The notes below the pieces were generated by a model. That model did not search any database. It saw nothing but the letters and a program-made list of their open reading frames with translations, and was not told the origin of the DNA. Shown one piece after another: positions 36,139 through 38,709 of a DNA stretch of 38,709 nucleotides. The translations under genes were made by a program, and so were the position numbers. Source of the stretch: Desulfobacteraceae bacterium (GTDB taxonomy: Bacteria; Desulfobacterota; Syntrophobacteria; BM002); assembly GCA_002899795.1 (NCBI GenBank), contig PPDG01000475.1:1-38709 (forward strand), in the 5' to 3' direction. How positions within the stretch are numbered: position 1 is the stretch's first letter; the number at the start of each line of letters is the position of its first letter.

Positions 36139-38301
36139 TTACTTTGGTGGCAGGACTTCCCGCGGCTTGCTGCCATCGGTTCCGCTCACCAGACCTTTAC
36201 GCTCCATCATCTCAATCATACGAGCAGCCCGATTGTATCCCACTCGTAGACGTCTCTGTATCATTGAAATCGAGGCCTGCCGGGTTTCCATGACAAGATT
36301 GACCGCATCTTCATACTTCTCATCAATCTCATCCTCGGTGTCCCAATCTTCAGACTTTTCTTTATAATTAAGAATTGTATCATCGTAGTCTGGTTTCCGC
36401 TGTTTGCGAAGGAAGTCCGTTATCCGCCTGATCTCCGTTTCTGAGGCGTAGGCACCGTGAATGCGCTGTAACTTTGCGGTTCCTGGAGGCAACATGAGCA
36501 TGTCGCCAGCCCCAAGCAGCGCCTCCGCCCCGTTTGCATCCAAAATGGTGCGGGAATCAGTCCTGGAAGAAACTTGGAAGGAAATGCGTGCCGAGATATT
36601 AGCTTTGATGATGCCGGTAAGGACATCGACCGAAGGCCGCTGAGTGGCGAGAACCAGATGAATACCAGCTGCTCGTGCCATCTGAGCCAGACGGATTATG
36701 GATTCTTCCACCTCGCGGGAGGCCACGATCATAAGATCAGCTAATTCATCAATGATGACAATGATATAGGGTAATGGTTGCTCCTCGGCCTCCTCAGACT
36801 CCCCCGTTGGTGGAGGAGTTTGCAGCCGTGGCTTACTCTTTTTGGCCTTTAAAACCATTTGGTTGTAGCGCTCAATACTGCGGACTCCTTTGAGGCTCAA
36901 AAGCTCGTAGCGTCTTTCCATCTCGGCTACCGCCCATTTGAGGCCAATATTGGCCTTCTTGGCATCAGTGACCACAGGATGGAGCAGGTGTGGTATGCCC
37001 TCGTAGGCCGTGAGCTCAATGCGTTTCGGGTCGATGAGCAAGAGGCGGACTTCATCGGGGGTGGCCTGATAGAGGAGGCTAAGGATAATAGCGTTGAGGC
37101 AAACACTTTTTCCCGTGCCAGTGGCACCGGCGATAAGCAGGTGGGGCATTCTGGCAAGGTCGGTTACCATCGGTTTGCCTGTTGTGTCTTTGCCGAGGGC
37201 TAAAAGCAATCGTCCTTTTTTCTTACTGAAAACAAGGTCATCGACGACATCTCGAATAACCACCGGCTGACGGCTGACATTGGGGATTTCTATGCCGAGT
37301 GTTCCTTTTTGGGGAATTGGCGCTACAATTCTGATGCTTGCTGCTTTCAAGGCTAAGGCCAGGTCGTCGGCCAGACCAACTATCTTGCTTATTTTTACAC
37401 CTGGTGCCGGTTTATATTCATACATAGTGATCACCGGTCCCGGAGAGACCTCGGTAACTTCTCCTGCCACCCCGAAGTCGGCGAGTTTCTTTTCCAGAAT
37501 CCTGGAGTTCATCAACAGGCTTTCCTGATCCGGAGCGTCGCCCGTTTGGTCGATCGGATCCAGCAGAGCGATATCCGGCAGCCGGAACTCGCCTTCGGCT
37601 GCCATGAACTCGAACTGTGCCTGTTTCTGTTCAGGGACCTCTAGCTTCTTCTCTTTTTGGCTCTTAACCACTGGAGCCTTGGTCCCGGTCTTTCTCGGCT
37701 TTTTCTCTTTCTTGAGGCGCCGATTTCTCAAGTCTTGCAGAGTCTGCCAGAGTCTGGTGAAACCTGCATTCAGGGTTATAGCGGTGCGGGCTAGGGAAAT
37801 GGGGGTTGCCAATAGGATGGCCACGATGGCAACCAACCAGAGCAGGAGGTAGGCACCAGTCGGCTTGAGATAGTATTGCAGATACTTCTTCAGAACCAAA
37901 CCCAATATGCCGCCGCTTCCAGGCAAAGGCTCGCCCCAGAGCCGAAGTGCGGGCCAATAAAGCGCAGCCAAACCACTCGAGGCAATGACGAGCAGGGCAC
38001 AGCCGGTGGCGAGTAATAGTGGGCGTGAGATAGCCCGCGGCAGGAAAACTCCCAGGGCTCCAAACATAAGAAAGGCGGGTAGCCAATAGGCGCTTACTCC
38101 TACAGCGACTAAAAGGATCGCGGCAAGATTGGCGCCGACAATACCCACAGCATTTTGCACAGGACGTTGGCCACTGGAGGCAGTAAAAAGGGTTGGATCA
38201 CTGCTATTATAGGTTACCAGGCTGAGCAGTAACAACAACGCCAGTCCAAAAAGGCATAGTGCGGTTATTTCTTTCGCTCTGCGGTCTAGTTTGGGAAACA
38301 T
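36139..38301 (-). CDS. ftsK: DNA translocase FtsK
   Basis: N-terminal TM helices. Motor domain with Walker A GATGTGKS. C-terminal gamma winged helix (SISMIQRRLRVGYNRAARMIEMME). Confidence 0.95.
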   Translation of the reverse strand: MFPKLDRRAKEITALCLFGLALLLLLSLVTYNSSDPTLFTASSGQRPVQNAVGIVGANLAAILLVAVGVSAYWLPAFLMFGALGVFLPRAISRPLLLATGCALLVIASSGLAALYWPALRLWGEPLPGSGGILGLVLKKYLQYYLKPTGAYLLLWLVAIVAILLATPISLARTAITLNAGFTRLWQTLQDLRNRRLKKEKKPRKTGTKAPVVKSQKEKKLEVPEQKQAQFEFMAAEGEFRLPDIALLDPIDQTGDAPDQESLLMNSRILEKKLADFGVAGEVTEVSPGPVITMYEYKPAPGVKISKIVGLADDLALALKAASIRIVAPIPQKGTLGIEIPNVSRQPVVIRDVVDDLVFSKKKGRLLLALGKDTTGKPMVTDLARMPHLLIAGATGTGKSVCLNAIILSLLYQATPDEVRLLLIDPKRIELTAYEGIPHLLHPVVTDAKKANIGLKWAVAEMERRYELLSLKGVRSIERYNQMVLKAKKSKPRLQTPPPTGESEEAEEQPLPYIIVIIDELADLMIVASREVEESIIRLAQMARAAGIHLVLATQRPSVDVLTGIIKANISARISFQVSSRTDSRTILDANGAEALLGAGDMLMLPPGTAKLQRIHGAYASETEIRRITDFLRKQRKPDYDDTILNYKEKSEDWDTEDEIDEKYEDAVNLVMETRQASISMIQRRLRVGYNRAARMIEMMERKGLVSGTDGSKPREVLPPK

Positions 38302-38473
38302 TGGTTCGTTTGCCTGTTTTGCCTACTTCAGCCTGACTTGAGGTGAGAACCGGATGTTCCTGTTAGCCTTGGAGTTAGACAATTTTTCACCCTTCATACT
38401 AGAGGTTCCATTCGGTGTCAACTGTCGCGCTCGGCGCTTCGCGCGCTAGGGACTAAGCAGTACACGCAGTTTT

Positions 38474-38607
38474 CATTTCACATTTCGAAACCAAAGAATT
38501 CAGTAGCCAGTAGAACTGAGCATGTAGCATAGGAAAAATTCAAGATCAGTCACTTTTTGCTCTATGTTCTATGCTTTCCCCAAGTCGCAATCTGCAATCT
38601 CAAAGCT
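38474..38607. repeat. several short heptamer arrays upstream of ftsK
   Basis: catttca|catttcg (38474-38487). cagtagc|cagtaga|actgagc|atgtagc (38501-38528). tctatgt|tctatgc (38561-38574). gcaatct|gcaatct (38587-38600). Confidence 0.7.
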
Positions 38608-38631
38608 GCATTCTTCCCTCTGACCTCTGCG

Positions 38632-38709
38632 TTATAACTCTACTATGATGGGAAGAATTATCGGGCGACGCTCTAAGACCTTGTTAAAAAACCGCCTGAG
38701 TTTCCTGTG
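38632..38709 (-). CDS. 3' end of a gene entering from the right edge (possibly RNase J-like C-terminus)
   Basis: The open frame to the window edge reads ...HRKLRRFFNKVLERRPIILPIIVEL*. The RRPxILPxI ending resembles RNase J C-termini as I remember them. Only 25 codons are visible. Confidence 0.3.
   Translation of the reverse strand, partial: HRKLRRFFNKVLERRPIILPIIVEL

Overview
Chromosomal window (about 50% GC by eye) from a Gram-negative, probably anaerobic bacterium. That origin is inferred from SelB, class-1B PyrK/PyrD, an HdrC-like ferredoxin, PdxS/PdxT and the OmpA/LolA/MltA envelope genes; a Desulfobacterota/Syntrophia-like source is only a guess. I call 35 protein genes (one a 3' fragment at the right edge), one tRNA-Leu(CAA) with a near-consensus promoter, and a few intrinsic terminators. 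Content is mostly housekeeping. The + strand carries a fadD-like ligase, nadA, rsmA, panD, metK-ahcY, mltA, pdxST, plsC and selB. The - strand carries ftsK-lolA-unknown-MBL-pgeF-pyrK-pyrD. I found no transposase, integrase, cas genes, CRISPR array or recognisable defence or toxin genes. Three things stand out. (i) Most spacers between 9-21 kb and 27-38.7 kb are built from phase-locked, degenerate 7-nt tandem units. These belong to a handful of families that recur in both orientations, as co-linear modules right after stop codons and as 30-bp inverted arms. At lolA they run into coding sequence (the signal peptide), and a related 15-nt tandem motif encodes the DUF502 tail. (ii) A ~190-bp MITE-like element with 19-bp perfect terminal inverted repeats occurs in 3 copies plus end fragments. 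It brackets a lower-GC accessory module: a vWA-TSP3-OmpA protein, a PilZ paralogue and a secreted unknown. (iii) A three-gene group of unknowns comprises a small helical protein, a UvsW-like SF2 helicase with a degenerate C-terminal motor half, and a short ATP-grasp protein. All product calls come from motif recognition in the supplied translations; nothing was searched against a database.
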